Origin: an uncultured delta proteobacterium
GTDB taxonomy: Bacteria; Desulfobacterota; Desulfuromonadia; Desulfuromonadales; JACZKF01
Assembly (NCBI GenBank): GCA_963816395.1
Contig: CAWFKQ010000006.1
Span: forward strand, 224,001 to 288,000
DNA: 64,000 nt
Direction: 5' to 3'
Shown here: positions 46,844-57,788 of the stretch, piece by piece
Layout of the letters: the number at the start of each line of letters is the position of its first letter
How positions within the stretch are numbered: the stretch's first letter is position 1
Program-made: the position numbers and the translations under genes
The notes under the pieces: model-generated
What the model was told of the DNA's origin: nothing
What the model saw: only the letters and a program-made list of their open reading frames with translations
Database searches by the model: none

Positions 46844-46934
46844 AGCCCGGCACTCCACCCGCCGCCAGCCCTCTCTCCTTCCCCACGACACTCTCCCCTC
46901 CCGCCAGATAGTTCTCATAGCATCGGCATCAAAT

Positions 46935-47048
46935 CGGATCGAAAGCGAACCGGGGCAGGGAACCGTGCTCTCCTTTTCCCTGCCGATTGCGCCTCCGAAT
47001 GACGCGGTGACGATCCGGTCCCTGATGAATGAGCCCGCCCGGAAATAA
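46935..47048 (+). pseudogene. orphan HATPase C-terminal fragment
   Basis: RIESEPGQGTVLSFSLP with no upstream kinase sequence. Confidence 0.5.
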
Positions 47049-47164
47049 TCGGGCGGAATCTTTCTTTTTTCTTGTCTGGAACCGGAATCCCCATAGAATA
47101 GCGGGAATTTGAATGGATTTGCCGGCACAGCGCCGGTTCTGTCGATCAGCAAAGGAGGAAACAG

Positions 47165-48136
47165 ATGAAATCCGCACCGTTCCGCAAAGGCCTGGCCGTG
47201 GCAGTGCTGGCAGCTGGCCTGCTGACCATCCGGCCGGCGCCGGGAGCGGGGGCGGTGGAGTGGCGCGGTGGTCTGTGGACGGGATATCGGCAGGACCGGC
47301 TCGACTTCAATATCGCCGGTAATACCAGCGGCAGTAATCCCAACATTCTTTCCGAGCTCATCTGGAAGGACCTGGAGATCTGGCAGGCCGGCGTGCAAGG
47401 AAGTCTGCGCTTTCTCCCACGTCATTCGCCGGTGGGCGGCCTGGTCCGCCTGCAGGCCAGCTTCGGTATCATTACCGATGGCCGCAACCAGGATTCCGAT
47501 TATCTCGGTGATGACCGGAGCGGCGAGTTTTCCCGCTCCAATAACGATGCGGACGGTGAGGTATGGGACGTCTCCCTTGGTGCCGGCCCGCAGTTCTTCC
47601 TGAGCCGGGATCGCCTGCGGCTCACGCCAATGATCGGGGTCGCCATCCACGCGCAGGATCTCGAGATCACCAACGGCTACCAGAGTATTTCCCAGCCCAC
47701 GGAAGATATGCCGCTGCCGCCCCTCGGTTCTTTTTCCGGCTTGCACAGCTCTTACAATGCGCTCTGGACCGGGCCATGGACCGGGGTGGAGTTGCAGTGG
47801 CAGCCACTGCCCGGTCTTCTTCTGACCGGCGGCGCGGAGCTGCACCTCGTCTATTTCACGGCCGATGGCGACTGGAACCTGCGCCAGGATTTCTCCCACC
47901 CGAAAAGTTTTGAGCAGCAGGCCTGGGGCGAGGGATTCCAGGGCAGGGCCGGACTTGCCTATCTGGCCTCCGGGCGCTGGATAATCCAGGCCGATTATTT
48001 CTATCGCCGGTGGCAGGCGGACGATGACGGCCGCGACCGGGTGTTCTTCGCCGATGGCTCCACTTCTGAAACCAGGCTGAACGAAGTCAACTGGCGCTCG
48101 CAGACGCTGACGCTGGGAGTGAATTACCGGTTCTGA
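47165..48136 (+). CDS. outer-membrane beta-barrel, omptin-like
   Basis: Signal peptide, ILSELIW, NQDSDY, C-terminal LGVNYRF. Confidence 0.7.
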   Translation: MKSAPFRKGLAVAVLAAGLLTIRPAPGAGAVEWRGGLWTGYRQDRLDFNIAGNTSGSNPNILSELIWKDLEIWQAGVQGSLRFLPRHSPVGGLVRLQASFGIITDGRNQDSDYLGDDRSGEFSRSNNDADGEVWDVSLGAGPQFFLSRDRLRLTPMIGVAIHAQDLEITNGYQSISQPTEDMPLPPLGSFSGLHSSYNALWTGPWTGVELQWQPLPGLLLTGGAELHLVYFTADGDWNLRQDFSHPKSFEQQAWGEGFQGRAGLAYLASGRWIIQADYFYRRWQADDDGRDRVFFADGSTSETRLNEVNWRSQTLTLGVNYRF

Positions 48137-48317
48137 GCGCGGGGAGGAGGTGGAGTGCTTGACTTTGTAAATTAAAATAGCTGTAATGAAGACATGTCTT
48201 GCTCTTGCCTGGGTACCCAGGCAAGCCGCGGAAGAAAACAACCGCCGGAACTGTTTGCTGTCGTCCGGCTGCTTTTTTATTGCGGGTCTGACTCCCATAA
48301 GTACCGGAGGATCTGCC

Positions 48318-49756
48318 ATGCCAGAGGAAAACATCTTCTTCCTCCCGGTTAAAGAATCCTGCCGGCAGGCAGTGGTCACCTGCTCTCCAGAGGACCGGCT
48401 GGTCGAGGTGGCTGCCGTCATGCGGCAGAGGAACATCTCCAGTGTGGTGGTCTGCGAGGGGGGGCGCCGACCGGCATCGTTACCGATCGGGACCTGCGCA
48501 ATAAGGTGGTGGCCCGCGGCGAAGCGCCAGAGGCGCTGGCGGTGCGTTCGGTGATGACTGCTCCCTTGATCACGGTCGGGGAAGAGGACTTCCTCTTCGA
48601 GGCCCTTTACCGGATGTCACGGCACGGCATCCACCGGCTGGGCGTGGTCGATGCCGGCGGCCGGCTCACCGGCATCATTACCGATTCCGACATCCTCAGG
48701 CTGCAGACCCGCTCCCCGCAGCAGATGCTCAGGGATATCGAAGAGGCCCGCGGCGTCGATGGCTTGCGCGAGATCCACACCCGGGTTCAGGGGCTGGTCT
48801 TGCACCTGGCAGGGACGGGAGTGGCTACCGCGGACCTGGTGCGGATGATCTCGCACCTCAACGACCGGATTCTGCTGCGGCTGATCGCGCTGCTGCGGGA
48901 GGAACGTTTCCCCGACCTGCCGGAGCGCTTCGCTTTCGTGGTCCTGGGGAGCGAGGGGCGTCGGGAGCAGACCCTGACCACCGATCAGGACAATGCCATT
49001 CTCTACGCGGAGGGGCTCTCCGCCGCCGAGGTCCGGCAGATTGAAGAATTTTCCCGGGCGCTGATCGATTCCCTGATCGATATCGGCATTCCTCCCTGCC
49101 CCGGCGGCATCATGGCCAGCAACGAAGCCTGGCGACGCAGCATCCGCGGCTGGACGGAGGTGCTGGACCACTGGTTTGCCAATGCCGTTCCGGAAAACAT
49201 CCTCCGCGGCAGCATGTTTTTCGATTTGCGCACCCTCTATGGCGATCCTTCGCTGGAGCGGGCGCTGAAGACGCACATCACCGGCAGCCTGCGCCGCGAG
49301 GTGGCTTTCCTGGTTCGCACCGCTGCCAACGTGCTGCGTTTCAAGCCCCCGCTCGGCTGGTTCGGGCGCATCAAGGTGGAAAAAAAAGGGGCACAGCGGG
49401 GCCTGCTGGACATCAAGAAGGCCGGGATTTTTGCCATTACCGAAGGAATAAAGGTTTTGGCGCTGGAAGCCGGCCTCCTCGATGGCGGCACCCGTGAGCG
49501 CCTGCAGTCGCTGGCCGAGGCGAAGGTGCTCGGTCGGGGCCAGGCGGAGGACCTGGAGGCAAGTTTCAACTTCCTGGTCTTCCTCCGTCTGCGGTCCCAG
49601 GTGACGGCCATTCGGGAAGGGCGAAAGCCGAGCAATCATATAGCCCTGGACAACCTCAATCATATGGAGAGGGGACGTCTGCGTCTGGCGCTGGAGGAGG
49701 TGGGGGCATTCCAGGATTTTCTCCGGAGCCATTTTCAGCTGGATCTGGTCCGATGA
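48318..49756 (+). CDS. CBS-pair plus DUF294 nucleotidyltransferase-like protein (frameshift near 48465)
   Basis: CBS repeats, LGSEGRREQTLTTDQDNA, FFDLR, LDIKKAG. Confidence 0.85.
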
Positions 49757-50081
49757 TCATTTTCCGGTCTCGGTTACCGCTGAGCTTCGGAAGCTCCTCA
49801 GAGTTTGCTGCAGGTTCTCCCAACTTACAGAAATATTAACGGGTTTCGTCACTTTCCGGCAGGGTTTTGGATTGACAGAAGAGCAATGGTGCCGTATATC
49901 TTTTAATAAAACGTCGTTTCGAGTATTGCCGCACCGGTGGTGCTCATCGCTTCGGAATCAGCGTCCGCGAGAATCCCGATTTGCTGCTGGCTGTCGAGGT
50001 CTTTCGGGCGATTTGCCGTCAAGTTTGGTTGATCGTGAAAAAAGGGCTTTTTCAACAATCTGCCAAGGAGAGGAGAAGCGA

Positions 50082-51101
50082 ATGAAACTGACGGGATTAA
50101 CGGTATGGGTTGCTGGCTTTTGCCTGCTTGCGGTAAGCGTGGCGCAAGCGGGGCAGGATTTTGATGCGGTCAGGAAGAAGGGCTTCATCCAGGCCGGGGT
50201 GAACGGCGGGGTCTTCGGCTTCGGCATGCCGGATGAAAAAGGGGTCTGGCGCGGATTGGATGTCGATACCGCGCGCGCCATCGCCGCTGCGGTATTCGGC
50301 GATGCCAACAAAGTCAAGTACTCCCCGCTTACTGCCGTGCAGCGTTTTACTGCGCTGCAGTCGGGCGAGATCGACGTCCTCTGCCGCAATGCCACCCGGA
50401 CCCTGACCCGGGAGAGCCAGCTGGGCCTTAACTTCGTGCATGTCAACTATTACGATGGCCAGGGCTTCCTGGTGCCGAAGAAGGTCGGGGTCAAAAGCGC
50501 CAAGGACCTGAGCGGGGCCACGGTGTGCGTCCTGCCCGGGACCACCACCGAGCAGAACGCCGCCGACTTCTTCCGCTCCCACAAAATGGATTGGAAACCG
50601 GTGGTGATCGAATCGACCACCGAACTGGCCAAGGCCTTTTTCGCCGGTCGCTGCGATGTGCTGACCTCCGATGCCTCGCAGCTGGCGGGCGCCCGGGCGA
50701 TTTCCCCAAATCCGGCCGACTACGTCCTCCTTCCCGAAATCATTTCCAAAGAGCCTCTGGCGCCCGCCGTCCGGCATGGTGACGACCAGTGGCGCGATGT
50801 CGTCGATTTCACCGTCCAGGCGATGATCGAGGCTGAAGAACTCGGCATCACCTCCAAGAATGTCGACGAGATGCTGAAGAGCAGCGATCCCAAAGTGCAA
50901 AGGTTTCTGGGGGTGGTTCCCGGCAACGGCAAGGCCCTCGGCTTGGACGAGAAATGGGCGTACAACATCGTCAAGCAGGTCGGCAATTACGGCGAGGTCT
51001 TTGAGCGCAACGTCGGTAAAGACACGTCCCTGGGTCTCGAGCGCGGCCTGAACGCCCTGTGGACCAACGGCGGGCTGATGTATTCGGTTCCATTCAAGTA
51101 A
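50082..51101 (+). CDS. aapJ: general L-amino acid ABC transporter substrate-binding protein
   Basis: RFTALQSGEIDVL, YYDGQGF, ISKEPLAP, VGNYGE. Confidence 0.9.
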   Translation: MKLTGLTVWVAGFCLLAVSVAQAGQDFDAVRKKGFIQAGVNGGVFGFGMPDEKGVWRGLDVDTARAIAAAVFGDANKVKYSPLTAVQRFTALQSGEIDVLCRNATRTLTRESQLGLNFVHVNYYDGQGFLVPKKVGVKSAKDLSGATVCVLPGTTTEQNAADFFRSHKMDWKPVVIESTTELAKAFFAGRCDVLTSDASQLAGARAISPNPADYVLLPEIISKEPLAPAVRHGDDQWRDVVDFTVQAMIEAEELGITSKNVDEMLKSSDPKVQRFLGVVPGNGKALGLDEKWAYNIVKQVGNYGEVFERNVGKDTSLGLERGLNALWTNGGLMYSVPFK

Positions 51102-51232
51102 GCTGAGGCTTCACCGGCAGGAAGGCGTTCCGGCGAACGTCTTCCTGCCCGTCCTCTGAGACCGCGGATCCCCGGGATCGGCAGGGCGGGCCTGCACCGC
51201 TCGTCCTCTCCGTAAGTTCCAGACAGAGCTTT

Positions 51233-52421
51233 ATGCCTATCGACTCCGAAACTGCTGCCGTTCCATCTGCGACACCATTCTGGCGTGATCCAAGAAAGCG
51301 GGGAATCGTTTTTCAGTTGCTGGCGCTGCTGATCGTCTGCGGAGTCGGCTACTACATCTTTTCCAATACCCGGACCAACCTCGAGCGCCAGTCGATTGCG
51401 ACCGGTTTTTCCTTCCTCGGCAAGGAAGCCTCTTTCGAAATCGGGGAATCGCCCATTCCCTATTCGGCTGCCGACAGCTACGCCAGGGCGCTTGCTAGTG
51501 GGCGCGCTCAACACCCTCAGGGTGTCCTTCATCGGCATCGTCATCACCACCCTGCTCGGCACCCTTGTCGGCATTGCCCGCCTTTCGACCAATTGGCTCA
51601 TTTCCAGACTGGCCGGCGGTTTTGTCGAGGTGATGCAGAACATTCCCGTTCTGCTGCAGCTCTTTTTCTGGTACGCCATCTTCTATGAAGCCTTCCCCTC
51701 TCCCCGGCAGGCTCTCCATCCCCTTCCGGGTCTTTTCCTCTGCAATCGAGGGCTGAGTGTGGCAGTACCCATGTCGATCCCCGCCTACTGGAACATGCTC
51801 TGGGCACTTTTGGCCGCCCTGGCCGGTTGGCGGCTGCTGGCCCGCTGGGCGCGCAAGCGTCAGGAACGGACTGGCCGGCTGTTCCCGGTCATCCGGGTGG
51901 GGCTGGCTCTTTGCCTGGCACTCCCCATCCTGGTATGGACGCTCTATGGGATGCCAATCGCCGTGGACGTGCCGCAACTGCGCGGCTTCAACTTCACCGG
52001 CGGGCTCACCGTGAGCCCCGAGTTCAGCGCCCTGCTGCTCGGCCTGGTTCTCTATACCTCGGCCTTCGTCGCCGAGATCGTTCGCGCCGGTATCCAGTCG
52101 GTGAGCCATGGGCAGGTCGAGGCGGCCATGTCCATCGGCCTGCGTCCTGCCAAGGTGCTGCAGCTGGTGGTCCTGCCCCAGGCGCTGCGGGTGATCATCC
52201 CGCCGCTGACCAGCCAGATGCTCAATCTCACCAAGAACAGCTCCCTGGCCATCGCCATCGGTTACCCCGACTTCGTCGCGGTGGCCAACACCACCATCAA
52301 CCAGACCGGCCAGGCCATCGAAGGGGTCATGCTGATCATGGCGGTTTATCTTTTCTTCAGCCTGTCGACATCGCTGTTCATGAACTGGTACAACAAAAAA
52401 ATGGCCCTGGTGGAGAGGTGA
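51233..52421 (+). CDS. aapQ: amino acid ABC transporter permease (frameshift near 51492)
   Basis: ARLSTNWL, AEIVRAGIQSV, NLTKNSSLAIAIGYPD. Confidence 0.88.
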
Positions 52422-52425
52422 GCTC

Positions 52426-53521
52426 GTGATCGAAAAACCGGCCCCATCAGGAACGGAAATTCTTCGACCGCCGGCTACCCGGATGGGAGTCGTGGGCTGG
52501 CTGCGCGCCAATCTGTTCAACACCTGGTACAACTCTCTCCTGACCCTGCTGATCCTCTACGTGTTCTGGAAGCTTGTGCCGCCGCTGCTGCGCTGGGCCT
52601 TTCTCGACAGCCGCTGGACCGGCCCCAGCCAGGTCTGCCGGGGCATCGACGGGGCCTGCTGGTCGTTCATTCCGGCGAACATCAACCTCATCATGTTCGG
52701 CTTCTATCCGCAGGGGCAGTACTGGCGTCCCAGTCGCCGCCATTTTCCTGCTGGTGGCGCTGGTCTTTTACTCCAGGGACCGGCAGCACTGGAAGAAATC
52801 GCTTGCCTGGCTGTGGTTGGGGGGGGTATTCGCGATGTGGCTGCTGATGCACGGCGGGTTGTTCGGGCTGCCGACCGTGGGAACGGCGCTGTGGAGCGGG
52901 CTGCCTCTTACCCTGGCCCTGGCGCTGGTCGGCATGGTGGGAGCCTACCCGCTGGGGGTGCTGCTGGCGCTCGGCCGTCGTTCGCGCCTGCCGGCGATCA
53001 AGACGCTGTGCGTCGTCTATATCGAGCTCATCCGCGGCGTGCCGCTGATCAGCATGCTTTTCATGTCGGCGGTGATGTTCCCGCTCTTTCTCCCCGAAGG
53101 GGTGACGCTCGACAAGGTCCTGCGCGCCCAGGTGGCTATCGTCCTGTTCACCGCCGCCTACATCGCCGAGGTGGTGCGCGGCGGGCTGCAGGCGATGCCC
53201 CGGGGGCAGTACGAGGCCGCCGATTCGCTCGGGCTTAACTATCGCCAGACAATGCGGCTGATCATTCTTCCCCAATCGCTCAAGATCGTCATTCCGCCGA
53301 CGGTGGGGATTCTGATCTCGGCCTTCAAGGATACCTCGCTGGTGGTCATCATCGGCCTTTACGACCTGCTCAAAACGACCAAGGTGGCCCTCTCCAACCC
53401 CCAGTGGGCGGGGTATTCCGCCGAGGCCTACCTCTTCCTGGCGGTGATCTATTTCATCTGCTGTTACGCCATGTCGAGTTACAGTCGGAAACTGGAAAAA
53501 GAACTGCATACCGGCCGCTGA
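52426..53521 (+). CDS. aapM: amino acid ABC transporter permease (frameshift near 52730)
   Basis: [34 protein letters not shown]. Confidence 0.88.
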
Positions 53522-53562
53522 GTTCCTGCCGGGCGGCTGCAAGCGATGAGAGTGCGGATGTT

Positions 53563-54339
53563 ATGAAGGAAGAGCAGAAAACCGCCGGCGCGGCTGGTTC
53601 CGCGGCCGAGCCGATCATCGAAATTCTCGGCATGCACAAGTGGTTCGGTGACTTCCATGTGCTGAAGGACATCAACCTGACGGTGCAGACCGGAGAGCGC
53701 ATCGTCATCTGCGGTCCTTCCGGCTCCGGCAAATCGACCCTGATTCGCTGCATCAACCGGCTGGAGGAGCACCAGCGGGGCAGGATCGTGGTGGACGGGA
53801 CCGAATTGACCAACGACATCAAGAAAATCGAAAAGGTCCGCGTCGAGGTCGGCATGGTCTTTCAGCATTTCAACCTTTTTCCCCACCTCACCGTCCTCGA
53901 GAATCTCACCCTGGGACCCATCTGGGTGCGCAAGACGCCGAAAAAAGAGGCAGAGGAGATGGCGATGCTGTTCCTGGAAAAGGTGCACATTGCCGAGCAG
54001 GCCCTGAAGTACCCCGGTCAGCTCTCCGGCGGTCAGCAGCAGCGCGTCGCCATTGCCCGCAGCCTGTGCATGCGTCCCAAGGTGATGCTTTTCGACGAAC
54101 CGACTTCGGCCCTTGACCCCGAAATGGTCAAGGAGGTGCTCGATGTCATGATCAACCTGGCGGAAGAAGGAATGACCATGCTGGTGGTCACCCACGAGAT
54201 GGGCTTTGCCAGGAGCGTCGCCCATCGGGTCATGTTCATGGATTTCGGCCAGATCCTCGAGCAGAACAATCCCCGGGACTTCTTCGAGAACCCCCGGCAC
54301 GAACGGACCAAGCTGTTCCTGAGCCAGATCCTGAGCTAG
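53563..54339 (+). CDS. aapP: amino acid ABC transporter ATP-binding protein
   Basis: [28 protein letters not shown]. Confidence 0.92.
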   Translation: MKEEQKTAGAAGSAAEPIIEILGMHKWFGDFHVLKDINLTVQTGERIVICGPSGSGKSTLIRCINRLEEHQRGRIVVDGTELTNDIKKIEKVRVEVGMVFQHFNLFPHLTVLENLTLGPIWVRKTPKKEAEEMAMLFLEKVHIAEQALKYPGQLSGGQQQRVAIARSLCMRPKVMLFDEPTSALDPEMVKEVLDVMINLAEEGMTMLVVTHEMGFARSVAHRVMFMDFGQILEQNNPRDFFENPRHERTKLFLSQILS

Positions 54340-54434
54340 TTCCTGTCCGGAAACGGCCTTTTTCCGCAATCTTTGCGTCAATCTACGGCCTTGCTTGTGC
54401 GGCGTACTGATGTACGCCTCCGCGCAATGCCTTG
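54340..54434. repeat. truncated REP/MITE-like palindromic element
   Basis: Core hairpin GGCGTAC-TGAT-GTACGCC, shared with the element at 63593; starts right after the aapP stop. Confidence 0.5.
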
Positions 54435-54490
54435 CCGCTTGCCGCCCCCGCTTGCCGCTTGCCGCTTGCCGCTTGCCGCGGGACGGCAAG
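54431..54490. repeat. heptanucleotide tandem repeat (CTTGCCG)x6 with one inverted copy
   Basis: Units at 54431, 54438, 54451, 54458, 54465, 54472; CGGCAAG at 54484. Confidence 0.9.
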
Positions 54491-54593
54491 ATATCCCCTG
54501 CTATAATGCAAAAAACAGGTGCGCACGTCCCGGGGCATGGCGTTCCCGGGCCGCAGGCGGGCACCTCTTGCCGTATTTCGCGGGAGGCCTCAT

Positions 54594-55067
54594 ATGGTGC
54601 AGGAAAACTGGACGCTGAACCTGACCATGCGGGTTCTGTTCGGCTTCGTCGCAGGTTTTCTGGCGACGCTGATTTTCCATCAACTGACCCTGACGGTGCT
54701 GTGGAACGTGGGTCTGGCGCCCTTCGCGCCTTATTCGATGGCTGCTACCCAGCCCTTCGGAGTGCCGGCGGTTCTTTCTCTGGCATTCTGGGGCGGCATT
54801 TGGGGAATTCTGTTTGCGTTGATCGAGAGCGCGTTCCCCCGTCGCGCCGGTTACTGGCTGCTGGCATTTCTGTTTGGCGCCATTTTCCCTTCGGTGGTGG
54901 CTTTCTGGGTGGTGCTGCCGCTTAAGGGCAAACCCCCTGGCGGCGGCTGGCATGCTCCGCTGCTGGTGACCGCCTTCCTCATCAACGGCGCCTGGGGGAT
55001 CGGCACCGGCCTGTTCTTCCGGGGAATGGCGGGGTGGTTCAGCCAAGCGCGCGGCAGGAACGCCTGA
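54594..55067 (+). CDS. hypothetical multi-pass membrane protein
   Basis: GGGAGG RBS, about 4 hydrophobic segments, FGVP..SLAFWGGIWG. Confidence 0.75.
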   Translation: MVQENWTLNLTMRVLFGFVAGFLATLIFHQLTLTVLWNVGLAPFAPYSMAATQPFGVPAVLSLAFWGGIWGILFALIESAFPRRAGYWLLAFLFGAIFPSVVAFWVVLPLKGKPPGGGWHAPLLVTAFLINGAWGIGTGLFFRGMAGWFSQARGRNA

Positions 55068-55075
55068 GGAATCCG

Positions 55076-55399
55076 CTATTTCCTCTTGCCCACGGCTCCC
55101 TTGCCTCGGCCGGATTTTCCTGACCAGCCGCCACCTTTATCCGCCGCAGGTTTTTGCGGCAGGGCCTCGGTAACGGTAATAATGCGGTTGATCAGGCGGG
55201 CACCGTTCAGGGAGGTGATCGCTTCCTTTGCTTCCGCCTCACTGGACATCTTCACATAACCGTAACCCTTGAACTGACCGGTCCTGGTATCGGTGGCCAG
55301 GTGAATGAAGGACACCTTGCCGACTACCGAAAACAGCTTCCGTACATCCTCTTCCCCTGCCTCAAGAGAGATATTCCGCACGTACAGATCCTTGCTCAT
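55076..55399 (-). CDS. RRM (RNP-1) RNA-binding protein
   Basis: LYVRNI (RNP2), KGYGYVKM (RNP1), Gly/Lys-rich tail. Confidence 0.88.
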   Translation of the reverse strand: MSKDLYVRNISLEAGEEDVRKLFSVVGKVSFIHLATDTRTGQFKGYGYVKMSSEAEAKEAITSLNGARLINRIITVTEALPQKPAADKGGGWSGKSGRGKGAVGKRK

Positions 55400-55443
55400 A
55401 TGATTTCCTTTTCGGTTCGGCAAAACGGCGGCAGGCGAACGGT

Positions 55444-56187
55444 TCAATCCTGACGGTGTACCGCGAAGGGACCCCATGTCTGGTTGACAGACATCACTTC
55501 CAGGGTGTTGACATTAACATGGGGCGGCAGATTCGCTACGAAAAAGACGATTTCGGCGATATCCTCCGGCTGCAGCGCTTCGGTCCCCTGGTAGACCTTG
55601 CCGGCCCGTTGCTCATCCCCCTTGAAACGGACCCGGGAGAACTCGGTTTCAGCCATCCCCGGCTCCAGATTGGTGACCCGGATTCGGGTGCCGAGCAGAT
55701 CGGCGCGCAGGTTGCGGGAGAACTGCTGAAGGAAAGCCTTAGTCGCTCCGTAAACGTTTCCCCCGGGGTATGGCCAGTTGCCGGCGGTGGAGCCGATGTT
55801 GATGACATGTCCGCGGTTGCGCGCGACCATCCCCGGCAGCAGCGCCCGGGTGCAGAACATGACGCCTTTGATGTTGGTGTCCACCATGGTTTCCCAGTCA
55901 TCGAGATCAGCCTGCCAGGCCGGCTCCAGGCCCAGTGCCAGCCCCGCATTGTTGAGCAGGACATCGATTTCCGGGATCTCCCCCAGCGCTTTCTCGACCG
56001 CCCGACGATCACGCACATCCAGGGTCAGCGTCGCCGCCACGGCTTCACCCAGTTCGCCCTGCAAGGCTTCCAGCCGTTCACTGCGGCGCCCGCTCAACAC
56101 CAGCCCCCAACCCTCCGCGGCAAAGCGCCGGGCACAGGCAGCGCCGAAACCCGAGGTCGCCCCAGTGATGAGAATCGTTTTTGCCAT
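55444..56187 (-). CDS. YdfG-like short-chain dehydrogenase
   Basis: TGATSGFG, NNAGLALG, YGATK. Confidence 0.88.
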   Translation of the reverse strand: MAKTILITGATSGFGAACARRFAAEGWGLVLSGRRSERLEALQGELGEAVAATLTLDVRDRRAVEKALGEIPEIDVLLNNAGLALGLEPAWQADLDDWETMVDTNIKGVMFCTRALLPGMVARNRGHVINIGSTAGNWPYPGGNVYGATKAFLQQFSRNLRADLLGTRIRVTNLEPGMAETEFSRVRFKGDEQRAGKVYQGTEALQPEDIAEIVFFVANLPPHVNVNTLEVMSVNQTWGPFAVHRQD

Positions 56188-56427
56188 CGTTCGCTCCTTT
56201 TCCGAATGAATGACTCATAAAAGTTAAAGTAACATTATTGGCAGATATGACGATAAGTCCAGCGGGAAAAGGGAAATCACTCCATTTTTCCCCGGCAGCG
56301 ATCACTCGCCTGATCCATCTCTCTGCCGGCCCGGGTTCCGTGGGAACATCCGACTTCGAAATCATTGCTTTCCTGATGCCGCTTCGATAAAATCCTGACT
56401 TTGTGCATCACTCTGAAGGAGGTCCAG

Positions 56428-57351
56428 ATGGACAACGGAAAGCGCGATCTGCTGGCAGCGGTCGGCAATACCCCCCTGGTGGAGCTTACCCGTCTCAATC
56501 CCCATCCGCAGGTCAGGATCTTCGCCAAGCTGGAGGGAAACAACCCCGGCGGCTCGGTCAAGGATCGCCCGGCTGCCTTTATGATCCTCGAGGCGGAGCG
56601 GCAGGGGCGGCTCACCCCCGGCACGACCATTCTCGAACCGACTTCCGGCAACACCGGCATTGCCCTGGCGATGCTCGGCGCCGCCCGCGGCTACCGCGTC
56701 AAGCTGGTCATGCCGGGCTGCGTCAGTATGGAGCGGCGGGCGGTGCTGGAGGCGTACGGCGCCGAGGTCACCCTGTCGCCGGCCGCCGAGGCGACCGACG
56801 GCGCCATCCGTCTCGCCCACCGGATGCTGGCGGAGCAGCCGGACCGTTACTTCATGCCGAACCAGTACGCCAATCCCGCCAACCCCGAGGCCCATTACCG
56901 GACCACCGGCCCGGAGATCTGGCGGCAGACCGCCGGGGCGGTGGATGCCTTTGTCGCCGGCATGGGTACCTCCGGCACCCTGATGGGCGTGGGACGCTAT
57001 CTGCGCGAAGTCAAAAGCAGGGTGCGCATCGTCGGCATCGAGCCGGTACTCGGCCACAAGGTGCAGGGTCTCAAGAACATGCAGGAAGCGATCGTGCCCG
57101 ACATCTATCAGCCGGCACAGCTCGACGCCAAGCTCGTCGTCGAGGATGAGGAAGCCTTTGAGACCACCCGCCAGCTGGCCGTGCACGAGGGAATCTTCGC
57201 CGGGATGTCGAGCGGGGCGGCGGTAGCCGGGGCGCTGCGGGTGGCTCGGGAAATGGCCTCCGGGGTCATCGTCACCTTGCTTCCCGACCGCGGCGACCGC
57301 TACCTGAGCACCAATCTGTTCCGGTCCACCTGCGCCTGCTGCCCACCTTGA
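56428..57351 (+). CDS. cysM: cysteine synthase B family
   Basis: AKLEGNNPGGSVKDR, EPTSGNTG, GMGTSGT, PDRGDRYLS. Confidence 0.88.
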   Translation: MDNGKRDLLAAVGNTPLVELTRLNPHPQVRIFAKLEGNNPGGSVKDRPAAFMILEAERQGRLTPGTTILEPTSGNTGIALAMLGAARGYRVKLVMPGCVSMERRAVLEAYGAEVTLSPAAEATDGAIRLAHRMLAEQPDRYFMPNQYANPANPEAHYRTTGPEIWRQTAGAVDAFVAGMGTSGTLMGVGRYLREVKSRVRIVGIEPVLGHKVQGLKNMQEAIVPDIYQPAQLDAKLVVEDEEAFETTRQLAVHEGIFAGMSSGAAVAGALRVAREMASGVIVTLLPDRGDRYLSTNLFRSTCACCPP

Positions 57352-57436
57352 AGTGCCAGTTCCTGAGAAATAAACGGATTTAACGCAGTCCAACATGTGC
57401 CTGCGGCACACCCGAAGACAACGAAAACCAGGATCT

Positions 57437-57700
57437 TAACGCTAAGGCGCAAAGGGAAATGAAAGTCGCAAAGGATGTAAAGCGAACAGTCTTACGGATT
57501 TTCTCTGCGCCTTGGTTCTCAGCTTAGCGTCTTTGCGTTATCCGTTTTTTTCAGGGCCTCAAGCCAAACTTTTTCAGGACAGAGGCGCTGAGAGATCACA
57601 GAAAACCGAAAAGCGATTCGATATCGATCCTCCGTCTCCGCGTTAAAATGCCTTTGCTATCTTTTGTGAATATCTCCTGCCTTTCCCCCTGCGTCAAAAA
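57437..57700. repeat. cluster of imperfect palindromes built from CGCAAAG/CGCAGAG units
   Basis: TAACGCTAAGGCGCAAAG (57437) vs CTTAGCGTCTTTGCGTTA (57523), 15/18 complementary; more degenerate related units downstream. Confidence 0.6.
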
Positions 57701-57788
57701 TTCCTCCTTTTTTTCGAGCGGGTAGAGAAGACCTTTCCCTGAGATAGAATAATATCCAACAAGCTGGATATGACGGGGAGGAAACCGC

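Noticed and set aside
49900..50080. Amino-acid riboswitch in the aapJ leader
   Set aside because: Long leader, but no glnA, glycine, lysine or T-box consensus seen.
54431..54478. CRISPR array
   Set aside because: 7-bp units without spacers and no cas genes. No CRISPR, tRNA or rRNA was recognised in the window.
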